From Alphaproteobacteria bacterium (GTDB lineage Bacteria; Pseudomonadota; Alphaproteobacteria; Rs-D84; CASDRH01): 32,000 nucleotides of DNA. Below the pieces are notes generated by a model. That model worked only from the letters and a program-made list of their open reading frames with translations, was not told the DNA's origin and did not search any database. Location of the stretch: assembly GCA_025210155.1 (NCBI GenBank), contig JAOASE010000010.1, positions 55,587-87,586 of the forward strand, written 5' to 3'. The position numbers were made by a program, and so were the translations under genes. This document shows, one piece after another, positions 25,274 through 32,000 of the stretch; within the stretch, counting starts at the first letter, position 1, and every line of letters begins with the position of its first letter.

Positions 25274-27235
25274 ATGAGCAATCTAACAGGGAATAAAGAC
25301 TACTCAGCCAAAGACATAAAAGTTCTAGAAGGACTAGAGCCTGTTCGTTTAAGACCAGGTATGTATATTGGTGGAAGTGACGAAAAAGCTATGCACCATT
25401 TAATAGCTGAAATCCTTGATAACTCAGTAGACGAAGCTGTTGCCGGATATGCCACAGACATTAAAATTGATCTACTTCCTGGAAACAAAATCATAATAAG
25501 AGATAACGGTAGAGGTATCCCATGCGACCCTCACCCTAAATACCCTGGAAAATCTGCACTTGAAGTAATCTTAACGTCACTTCACTCAGGTGGTAAATTC
25601 GAAGGCGGAGCATATAAAACATCTGGTGGTCTACACGGTGTAGGTATCTCAGTAGTTAACGCCCTTTCATCTCAAATGGAAGTTAAAGTTTACAAAAACG
25701 GAACTATTTTCGAACAAAAATTCTCAAGAGGACTTTGTCTAGGTCCAGTAGAAGAAATCGGTGAAACAAGATCTAAAGGAACAGAAGTTATGTTTGTTCC
25801 AGACACTGAAATCTTCGGCGAAAAAACAAGATTTAGAACACAAAAAATATTCAAATATGTAAGATCAAAAGCATTCTTATTCAAAGGTCTAAAAATCACT
25901 TTAAACATAGACCCTACTTTGATTACAGACGACATGGGAATAGAACCAACAACTACATTCCACTTCCCAGAAGGTATCAAAGAATTCTTACAAGACTCAG
26001 TTAAAAATAAAACTATAGTAAGCAACATGATCTTCGCAGGTGAAGCTCCTCTAGCCAACGACAAAGGTAAAGTAGAGTGGGCATCTCTATGGATAGAACC
26101 AGAAACTTATGAAAAAAGCGGTTTCACACTTTCATACTGTAATACAGTTCCAACTGTAGAAGGTGGTACTCACGAAGCTGGTTACAGATCTGCTGTACTA
26201 AAATCATTAAAACAATTCGGTGAAATGATCAACAACAAAAAAGCTGCTCAAATCACTGCTGACGACATCTTCGGAGAAGCTGGAGTAATTATATCTATAT
26301 TCTATAAAAACCCAGAATTCCAAGGTCAAACAAAAGAAAAATTCTCAAGTTCAGACGCGAACAAACTTACTGAAAACGCAGTAAGAGACTATTTCGACCA
26401 CTTCCTAATCGAAAACAAAGATCAAGCAATCACGTTACTTGACTTCATAGTAGAAAGAAGTGAAGAAAGACTTAAATCTCGTAAAGCAAAAGAAACTACT
26501 AGAAAATCTGCAACTAAAAAAATCAGATTACCAGGTAAACTAACTGACTGCTCAAAGAAAAACTCAGAAGATACAGAACTATTCCTAGTAGAGGGAGACT
26601 CTGCGGGAGGTTCAGCAAAACAAGGTAGAGATAGAGAAACTCAAGCAATCTTACCTCTTAAAGGTAAAATCCTAAACGTTGCTTCAGCATCTACTGACAA
26701 AATATTTGCTAACAAAGAAATTCAAGACATGGTAGAAGCTCTAGGTTGCGGAATGGGTAAAGACTATGACGAAAGCAAACTTAGATACGAAAGATTAGTA
26801 ATCATGACCGATGCCGACGTTGACGGTTCTCACATCGCAACATTACTAATGACTTTCTTCTATAAAGAAATGCCACAACTAATAGAAAACGGACACCTAT
26901 TCCTAGCATGCCCTCCTCTATTCAAGGTACATAACAAATCAAAATCTTTCTACTGCTTCACAGAAGAAGAAAAAGATCAAGTTATAGAAAAAGAATTCAA
27001 AGGCGTAAAACCAATGGTAAACCGTTTCAAAGGATTAGGTGAAATGAACCCTTCTCAATTGAAAGAAACTACTATGGATAAGAAAACTAGAATTCTTCTA
27101 AGAGTAGGATTACCTGACTTCGTTGAAGAGATAGAAGAAACAAAAACTCTAGTTGAACACTTAATGGGTAAAGAAGCAAAACACCGTTTCAAATTCATTC
27201 AAGAAAACGCCAGCTTCGTAGAAGTAGATGTATAA
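25274..27235 (+). CDS. parE: DNA topoisomerase IV subunit B
   Basis: 653 aa type IIA B subunit: LEGLEPVRLRPGMYIGG, GLHGVG, Toprim EGDSAGG and IMTDADVDGSHI. Its length and the lack of the long GyrB insertion favour ParE over GyrB. Confidence 0.85.
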   Translation: MSNLTGNKDYSAKDIKVLEGLEPVRLRPGMYIGGSDEKAMHHLIAEILDNSVDEAVAGYATDIKIDLLPGNKIIIRDNGRGIPCDPHPKYPGKSALEVILTSLHSGGKFEGGAYKTSGGLHGVGISVVNALSSQMEVKVYKNGTIFEQKFSRGLCLGPVEEIGETRSKGTEVMFVPDTEIFGEKTRFRTQKIFKYVRSKAFLFKGLKITLNIDPTLITDDMGIEPTTTFHFPEGIKEFLQDSVKNKTIVSNMIFAGEAPLANDKGKVEWASLWIEPETYEKSGFTLSYCNTVPTVEGGTHEAGYRSAVLKSLKQFGEMINNKKAAQITADDIFGEAGVIISIFYKNPEFQGQTKEKFSSSDANKLTENAVRDYFDHFLIENKDQAITLLDFIVERSEERLKSRKAKETTRKSATKKIRLPGKLTDCSKKNSEDTELFLVEGDSAGGSAKQGRDRETQAILPLKGKILNVASASTDKIFANKEIQDMVEALGCGMGKDYDESKLRYERLVIMTDADVDGSHIATLLMTFFYKEMPQLIENGHLFLACPPLFKVHNKSKSFYCFTEEEKDQVIEKEFKGVKPMVNRFKGLGEMNPSQLKETTMDKKTRILLRVGLPDFVEEIEETKTLVEHLMGKEAKHRFKFIQENASFVEVDV

Positions 27236-27242
27236 CAATTTC

Positions 27243-27270
27243 AAAGCTCCCTAACCGGAGCTTTTTTTTC
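27243..27270 (+). terminator. Rho-independent terminator of parE
   Basis: agctcc/ggagct stem followed by an 8-nt T-run. Confidence 0.8.
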
Positions 27271-27271
27271 A

Positions 27272-27301
27272 TTGACAATCACAATAGATCATTGCTAGTA
27301 T
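27272..27301 (+). promoter_or_regulatory. Sigma70-like promoter, copy 1 of a duplicated block
   Basis: TTGACA 27272-27277, 18-nt spacer, TAGTAT 27296-27301. The block 27262-27309 recurs at 27804-27852 with three substitutions. Confidence 0.6.
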
Positions 27302-27351
27302 TTTTTCATATAAATAATTTACTGTTACTAACCATTTTTAAACAAATTATT

Positions 27352-27783
27352 ATGAGTAATGACAAAGCAAATAAAAAGGCTGAAGCCGAAAGAATTACTA
27401 AAATAATCACTGAAAAAATTAAACTTTCAATTTCCGATGTAACCATATCAAAAAATATCGAAAGAAACTTAGCAGAACATAATAATTTTACTTTTAGTTC
27501 TGAAGATAAACGTGCTAGCAAAATTTTAATTGCAATATGCGGAGAAGAATTCGAAAAATTTTATTACCGAAATACAAATCAAGGTAATATACATACAGAA
27601 TACTTTGAAGTAAGTGCAAAAGAAATTCTGGAAAAATTTCCTCTAGTAGAGTATATTCTTAATGAAATAGAGGAAGGAAAATACGAGTTATTCAAAATTT
27701 CCAAACTAGAGGAAAGAAAAAAAGAACTCAAGAAAAAGCAAGAAATCAACAATTTCGTAGATGCTTTAGTAGAAAAAATTTAA
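27352..27783 (+). CDS. Small hypothetical protein, tandem family member 1 (143 aa)
   Basis: Start moved to ATG 27352 (MSNDKANKK) because ORF 27292 begins inside the promoter. The C-terminal half ILEKFPLVEYILNEIEEGKYELFKISKLEERKKE aligns with member 2. Confidence 0.6.
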   Translation: MSNDKANKKAEAERITKIITEKIKLSISDVTISKNIERNLAEHNNFTFSSEDKRASKILIAICGEEFEKFYYRNTNQGNIHTEYFEVSAKEILEKFPLVEYILNEIEEGKYELFKISKLEERKKELKKKQEINNFVDALVEKI

Positions 27784-27784
27784 A

Positions 27785-27812
27785 AAGAGGTGTCTAACAC
27801 TTCTTTTTTTTT
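27785..27812 (+). terminator. Rho-independent terminator
   Basis: aagaggtg/cacttctt stem (one G:U pair) followed by a 9-nt T-run. Confidence 0.7.
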
Positions 27813-27814
27813 CA

Positions 27815-27844
27815 TTGACAACCACAATCAATCATTGCTAGTAT
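27815..27844 (+). promoter_or_regulatory. Sigma70-like promoter, copy 2 of the duplicated block
   Basis: TTGACA 27815-27820, 18-nt spacer, TAGTAT 27839-27844. Confidence 0.6.
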
Positions 27845-27883
27845 TTTTTCATCAAAACGTTAAACCTAAAAATCCATTATATT

Positions 27884-28285
27884 ATGAACCTCCGAAAAGC
27901 AAATTGCTGCAAAAAAGCAGAAATAATCTTAAAAAGGCTTGCAGAATTTAATTATTTCAATATAGAAATAATATGTTCAGAAAAAGAGTTCGGTAAAAAG
28001 AGCTCCACAAAAAACATAGCTATAGCTATCAATGTTGATGGAAAAGCACAAAGAATCAAAATAATTGAAAAGCCAGAACAAAAAATCAAAACAAAAGAGA
28101 AACCTAGCATTAATTATCAAAGCATCTTAGATCAAGCTCCTCTAGCTGTTTTCCTTCTAGAAATAGAAAAAGGTAAAAATCAGGTGGTGGTATATAAGGT
28201 ATCAAACTTTGAAGAAAGAGAAGATCACTACAAGAAAGAAAAATGTAATGATAAAAACTTTAAAAAATTAGTAGCATGGGTATAA
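27884..28285 (+). CDS. Small hypothetical protein, tandem family member 2 (133 aa)
   Basis: ILDQAPLAVFLLEIEKGKNQVVVYKVSNFEEREDHYKKEK aligns with member 1. The N-terminal KAN..KKAE is also shared. Confidence 0.6.
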   Translation: MNLRKANCCKKAEIILKRLAEFNYFNIEIICSEKEFGKKSSTKNIAIAINVDGKAQRIKIIEKPEQKIKTKEKPSINYQSILDQAPLAVFLLEIEKGKNQVVVYKVSNFEEREDHYKKEKCNDKNFKKLVAWV

Positions 28286-28290
28286 ATTAA

Positions 28291-28328
28291 AGAAAGGAAA
28301 GTCTAAAATGATTTTCCTTTTTTTATTT
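28291..28328 (+). terminator. Weak AT-rich terminator hairpin
   Basis: aaaggaaa(28293-28300)/tttccttt(28313-28320) followed by a T-run. Confidence 0.45.
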
Positions 28329-28342
28329 CACATTTTTTATTC

Positions 28343-28371
28343 TTGACAAAGTATATTTTAACGAATAATAT
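28343..28371 (+). promoter_or_regulatory. Sigma70-like promoter
   Basis: TTGACA 28343-28348, 17-nt spacer, TAATAT 28366-28371. Confidence 0.55.
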
Positions 28372-28395
28372 ATTTACATACTAAAAATTAAAATC

Positions 28396-28755
28396 ATGAA
28401 AAATAAAATTTCTGAAAAAATTTTGGAACTAATCCAAAAACAAAATGTAAAGAATTCCAATGTTACACTAGGAAAAACTATAAACAAAGGTTTTCAAGTT
28501 CAAATTAGAAAAGAAAGCAAGATATTTGCAGTAAAAACAAATCAAGAAATTATACCCATAATATGTCAGGACAATAGCCCTGAAACAAAAAACCTTGATT
28601 TAGAACTGATAAATCAGCAGGTTCCAAGGGCAAATTGCATAATAACAATTATCCCAGGAAGAAGCGCTGAAATACAAAAAATTGCAAACCTGAGCCCAAA
28701 AAATTTACCTGAAAATCAGGAGGAAGCCGTAAAAGAATTAGAAAAATGGCTATAA
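28396..28755 (+). CDS. Small hypothetical protein, probable distant tandem family member 3 (119 aa)
   Basis: Same layout as members 1 and 2: KIFAVKTNQEIIPIIC, LINQQVPRANCIITIIPGRSAEIQKIANL, and the ending LEKWL (compare LVAWV and LVEKI). Confidence 0.5.
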   Translation: MKNKISEKILELIQKQNVKNSNVTLGKTINKGFQVQIRKESKIFAVKTNQEIIPIICQDNSPETKNLDLELINQQVPRANCIITIIPGRSAEIQKIANLSPKNLPENQEEAVKELEKWL

Positions 28756-28763
28756 CAAAACAC

Positions 28764-28800
28764 AATCCCGACACCACCTATAATTGTCGGGATTTTTTTA
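28764..28800 (+). terminator. Rho-independent terminator
   Basis: atcccgaca/tgtcgggat stem followed by ttttttt. Confidence 0.8.
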
Positions 28801-28829
28801 TTGACTCCCCTTCTTCAAATGGTAATATT
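28801..28829 (+). promoter_or_regulatory. Sigma70-like promoter
   Basis: TTGACT 28801-28806, 16-17 nt spacer, TAATAT or AATATT 28823-28829. Confidence 0.5.
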
Positions 28830-28856
28830 TTCCCAAACTAAAAATTTAAATCAAAT

Positions 28857-29321
28857 ATGTACACAGAAAACAACATTACTGAAGAAGTAACAAAAAAACT
28901 CCTTCCAGATGAGTTAGAAAAAGTCCTAAATTTTCTCAATGAAAAAGGATATAGAGCTGAATTTATCACTCCATTCATTGAAGAATTATTTAGAGACGAA
29001 AATGTATGGACCTTAAGAATCCAAAATATCCATATATTAAAAAGAGAAAGCTTTAAAATTTCTGACCTAAAAGATTTAGACGGAATAAAACCAGAGTTAT
29101 GCTCTGAAAAAAATTTCAGAGATGAAGGAACTGGAATATTCAACATTTTACCTTTAACTAAAAAAGATGAAGTATTAGAATTAGTCCCAAGTTTTAAAAA
29201 AGAATTCTATAAAACTAAAAATCTAATAGGACTGCACTTCCCTGCAGAAGTGAAATATTTTAGAACAGAAAATTTCTTCATTTTCGATCGTCAATTACCT
29301 AAAAAAATGATTGACAATTAG
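28857..29321 (+). CDS. Hypothetical protein, 154 aa
   Basis: ORF with its own promoter. No similarity noticed to the three upstream small proteins. Confidence 0.5.
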   Translation: MYTENNITEEVTKKLLPDELEKVLNFLNEKGYRAEFITPFIEELFRDENVWTLRIQNIHILKRESFKISDLKDLDGIKPELCSEKNFRDEGTGIFNILPLTKKDEVLELVPSFKKEFYKTKNLIGLHFPAEVKYFRTENFFIFDRQLPKKMIDN

Positions 29322-29386
29322 GAATAAAAATATATTATTCTCAATAGTAAATTTTTATTTATAAAGGTCTCAAAAAACAAAAAAAT

Positions 29387-29411
29387 GGTATTCAACGGAA
29401 TGCCTTTTTTT
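29387..29411. terminator. Bidirectional terminator
   Basis: ggtattc/gaatgcc stem (one G:U pair), A-run before and T-run after. Confidence 0.65.
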
Positions 29412-29581
29412 ATACCCAAACACTTGAATCAACAATTCAAAAACGAATCACAAACAATTGAAAAGACTCCTTCTTTTTTAAAAGAAATAATTCTCCTAAT
29501 AATACCATAAAAAAATCATTCAACAAAAATACTATTTTAATATTTTTGTTTTTTAACCCTATATTTAATCCCAATGTTTTT

Positions 29582-29692
29582 CATAGTTTGCATTAGATGG
29601 AAGTAAAAAAGCATTTTAGATAAGTTATTGTGTATATACAATACTCAATCGACTTAGATAAAATGCTTTTCTTACAATCAGATGATGTGAAA
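29582..29692 (+). repeat. Long-hairpin dispersed repeat, copy E (single left arm)
   Basis: Central stem aagttattgtgtat(29622-29635)/atactcaatcgactt(29641-29655), loop ataca. Outer stem aaaagcatttta/taaaatgctttt is a perfect 12 bp. Ends 12 nt before the lptB stop. Confidence 0.9.
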
Positions 29693-29704
29693 TATGGGAA
29701 ACTT

Positions 29705-30451
29705 TTAATTATCGAAAGAGTCTCCCAAATAAACCCTCTTAACATCCTCATTATTAATAATATCTTCCTTAGAACCTTCGATAAGAATCTTACCATCATA
29801 GACAACATAAGCCTTATCAGTAATATCTAAAGTCTCACGCACATTATGATCCGTAATAAGAACACCAATACCCTTATCCTTAAGATGATAAATTAAATCT
29901 TTAATATCATTTACCGCGATAGGATCTACACCTGCAAATGGCTCATCGAATAATACAAACTTAGGATCCGCAGCCAAAGCACGAGCAATCTCTACTCTAC
30001 GTCTTTCACCACCAGACAATGCCATAGCTGGAGAATTTTCAATATGAGAAATATGAAATTCTTCAATAAGCTCTCTCAATTTCTTTTCTCTCTTTTCTTC
30101 ATCAGCTTCAATAAGCTCAAGAACACCCATAATGTTTTCTCTAACAGTTAAATTTCTGAAGATAGACATTTCCTGAGGCAAATAACCTAACCCCATTCTA
30201 GCACGCTTATAAAAAGGATATTCTATAACATCTTCACTAGAAATACTCACGTTTCCAGCATCTGGTCTAACCAATCCTGTAATACAATAAAATGATGTAG
30301 TCTTACCAGCTCCATTAGGACCTAACAATCCAACAACTTCACCAGTAGATACTTCCATCGAAATCCCTTTAAGAATCGATCTAGCACCATAACTTTTCTT
30401 AATATTCTCAATAACTAACTTTTCCCTAGCCTGAGAATTTTTCTTAACCAT
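29705..30451 (-). CDS. lptB: LPS export ABC transporter ATP-binding protein LptB
   Basis: Walker [10 protein letters not shown], signature [15 protein letters not shown], Walker [14 protein letters not shown]. Located downstream of lptC-lptA. Confidence 0.9.
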   Translation of the reverse strand: MVKKNSQAREKLVIENIKKSYGARSILKGISMEVSTGEVVGLLGPNGAGKTTSFYCITGLVRPDAGNVSISSEDVIEYPFYKRARMGLGYLPQEMSIFRNLTVRENIMGVLELIEADEEKREKKLRELIEEFHISHIENSPAMALSGGERRRVEIARALAADPKFVLFDEPFAGVDPIAVNDIKDLIYHLKDKGIGVLITDHNVRETLDITDKAYVVYDGKILIEGSKEDIINNEDVKRVYLGDSFDN

Positions 30452-30514
30452 CTTCTTTTTCCTTATATTTTCAACTAATATAAATCTTTTCTAACAAATA
30501 AACAAGTTTTTTAC

Positions 30515-31276
30515 TTAGTTAAATATACCAATAACTTTCTTCTTCTCTTTACTCGGCAATATCTTAGCAACACCTGTTCTCATATCATAAGTAACCTTAC
30601 CACCGGTAAGAGAAACATTTTCACCCTTAGCAAACGAAACATTTCCAGAAATATTTGCTATACCTGTAGATTGATTAAAGTCAGCCTTATCACCTACTAT
30701 AAATTGGTCACCATCTTTAATTCTAACACCATCCTTAACAATAACTCTCTCCAAATCATTCTTCTTATCAAGAAATACATAAAGAACTTCACCTTCAATA
30801 ATTCTACCAGAATTAACTACTTGAGCATCTTTCAATACAATCTTTCCATCATTTTGATAAAAAACAACATTACCTTTACTCTTCAAAATAGTATCACCTG
30901 AAGCCATAGTAACTTCACCTTCATCCATACTCAAAGTCAAAAGAGAATTCTTCAAATCGAAAGTAAGATAATCAGATCTAATTTCATAATTAAGAGAATT
31001 TATAACGACATTTCCCATAGCCGTAATATCATAAATCTCTCTCTTTCCACCAACTTCATTGTAATAAGCGGCTATCTTATCGGAAATAACATTCATATCA
31101 TCTCTCTTCAAAATAGCATTCTCACTAGCAACAATAGTCTTCTTATTCATATTCCATTCAAGACCATTATCAGCAGATAATTCAACCTGCCCTGCCATTG
31201 CATCAAAAGAAGTACTAACTGCTAATAAAGATAAGCAAACACATCCTTTTAAAAATTTTCTAAACATAACACTCAT
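30515..31276 (-). CDS. lptA: LPS transport periplasmic protein LptA (OstA-like)
   Basis: Signal peptide, repetitive beta-jellyroll-like sequence, and position between lptC and lptB. Confidence 0.65.
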   Translation of the reverse strand: MSVMFRKFLKGCVCLSLLAVSTSFDAMAGQVELSADNGLEWNMNKKTIVASENAILKRDDMNVISDKIAAYYNEVGGKREIYDITAMGNVVINSLNYEIRSDYLTFDLKNSLLTLSMDEGEVTMASGDTILKSKGNVVFYQNDGKIVLKDAQVVNSGRIIEGEVLYVFLDKKNDLERVIVKDGVRIKDGDQFIVGDKADFNQSTGIANISGNVSFAKGENVSLTGGKVTYDMRTGVAKILPSKEKKKVIGIFN

Positions 31277-31324
31277 ATATTTTAAACTCCATATAGTAAC
31301 ATATACTACAATTATAAAATTAAA

Positions 31325-31897
31325 CTAATTTTCAGGCAAGGCCTTTTCATCAAATATTAAATTAACTCTACCTTTAAACTTATAAACCTTATTAGGCTCT
31401 ATATAAAACCCTTCTTCTGCTTTTAACTTACCCATATCAGTTTCCACAGTAACAAAGTCATTAGATGTTCCAATCATAGTATTCAAATCTAAAAATCCAT
31501 TATTACCAGACATAAACCACTTATCATGGTTCTCAATAGAAAATGAACCTTTCAATTCTATTTCTTTACTATTCTTATCATAAACAGTATTTTCACCCTT
31601 GAAAATCATCCACTCATTAGTAAATGTAGATCTCACAACAGCTTCCATACCTTTAAAATACATTTTACTACCTTTAACTTCTTCCTCACCTTCAGCACTT
31701 CTCAAAGTAACAAATCTATCCTTAGCATCAAAACCAGTAATTTCCAATCCCTTAACATTAAATACAAACTCTTCATTAGGTGAAATCTCAGGTATATCAA
31801 GATCAATATAATCACTCATATCAGCTTCTTTTAAAATCATAATCAATAAAAGGAAAAAAACTAACCCTGCGATAGAAGCAGCCTTAGCAACAATCAC
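31325..31897 (-). CDS. lptC: LPS export system protein LptC
   Basis: N-terminal TM anchor IVAKAASIAGLVFFLLLIMIL plus a periplasmic beta-rich domain, at the head of lptA-lptB. The reading frame stays open upstream to the window edge (32000) with no start codon other than GTG 31897, so the true start may lie outside the window. Confidence 0.55.
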   Translation of the reverse strand: MIVAKAASIAGLVFFLLLIMILKEADMSDYIDLDIPEISPNEEFVFNVKGLEITGFDAKDRFVTLRSAEGEEEVKGSKMYFKGMEAVVRSTFTNEWMIFKGENTVYDKNSKEIELKGSFSIENHDKWFMSGNNGFLDLNTMIGTSNDFVTVETDMGKLKAEEGFYIEPNKVYKFKGRVNLIFDEKALPEN

Positions 31898-32000
31898 AAA
31901 TCTAGAATAAGAAGACTTCTTAAAAAACTCTAACCTAGCAAATCTAGTGAAAAGCTTAAATCTATAAACCCACCAATCTCTATACTTAATCTCATTGAAA

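Noticed and set aside
27292-27351. N-terminal extensions given by the ORF track: 27292, 25002, 16345, 4320, 5216, 11879 and 23258.
   Set aside because: The extended starts use TTG or GTG codons or lie inside predicted promoters or terminators. Internal ATG codons have better context (RBS or agreement with paralog N-termini). The addA start remains ambiguous.
23947-29321. Toxin-antitoxin or other two-gene defence modules among the small adjacent genes.
   Set aside because: Each gene has its own promoter and terminator, with no overlap or translational coupling. I recognised no toxin, antitoxin, nuclease, ATPase or HTH motif, so there is no positive evidence.
2822-29692. Interpreting the co-oriented, gene-3'-end-associated imperfect palindromes as integron attC sites or a CRISPR-like array.
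   Set aside because: The flanking genes are core housekeeping genes on both strands, not promoterless cassettes. No intI-like integrase or attI is present. Spacing is irregular (kilobases), and the termini do not fit the attC RYYYAAC/GTTRRRY cores well. Only the structural analogy is kept, as an idea for the mechanism.
1-32000. Search for transposases, integrases, phage genes, rRNA, tmRNA, RNase P, SRP RNA or CRISPR repeats.
   Set aside because: I saw no such protein motifs in the ORF track and no characteristic RNA motifs or regularly spaced short repeats in the sequence. Absence is judged by eye only.

Overview
AT-rich window (roughly 30% GC by eye), densely coding on both strands. The housekeeping genes point to a reduced alphaproteobacterial genome, possibly Rickettsiales/Holosporales-like; this is inferred from an AddA-type helicase-nuclease, FtsZ with a long acidic linker, an EnvZ/OmpR pair and lptCAB, not from any database search. 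Confident calls: rho (5'-truncated by the window edge), envZ-like kinase, ompR, tpiA, PpiD-like chaperone, ftsZ, tRNA-Phe(GAA), ybgC, an EamA/DMT transporter, ruvB, addA, parE and lptC-lptA-lptB. About a dozen small orphan genes lie between them, most with a near-consensus TTGACA-N16-18-TAnnnT promoter, most also followed by a hairpin terminator. The most interesting signal is non-coding: a family of long imperfect-hairpin repeats of about 95-185 bp. There are seven copies (A-G), all in the same orientation. The right end of each sits 0-23 nt from a gene boundary, and base-pair-preserving double substitutions occur between copies, so the hairpin itself appears to be under selection. One copy splits the ompR-envZ operon and another sits in the parE leader. 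Other items: a tandem array of paralogous small-protein genes with a duplicated terminator/promoter block; two orphan tandem acyl carrier proteins next to a gene encoding two ACP-like domains that lack the phosphopantetheine serine, itself bracketed by a duplicated 36-37 bp terminator; a DapB N-domain-only protein; and an alpha/beta hydrolase that seems to lack its catalytic Ser and His. No CRISPR array, transposase, integrase, rRNA or prophage gene was seen. All coordinates and motifs were read by eye from the sequence and homology statements rest on remembered family motifs, so they need computational confirmation.
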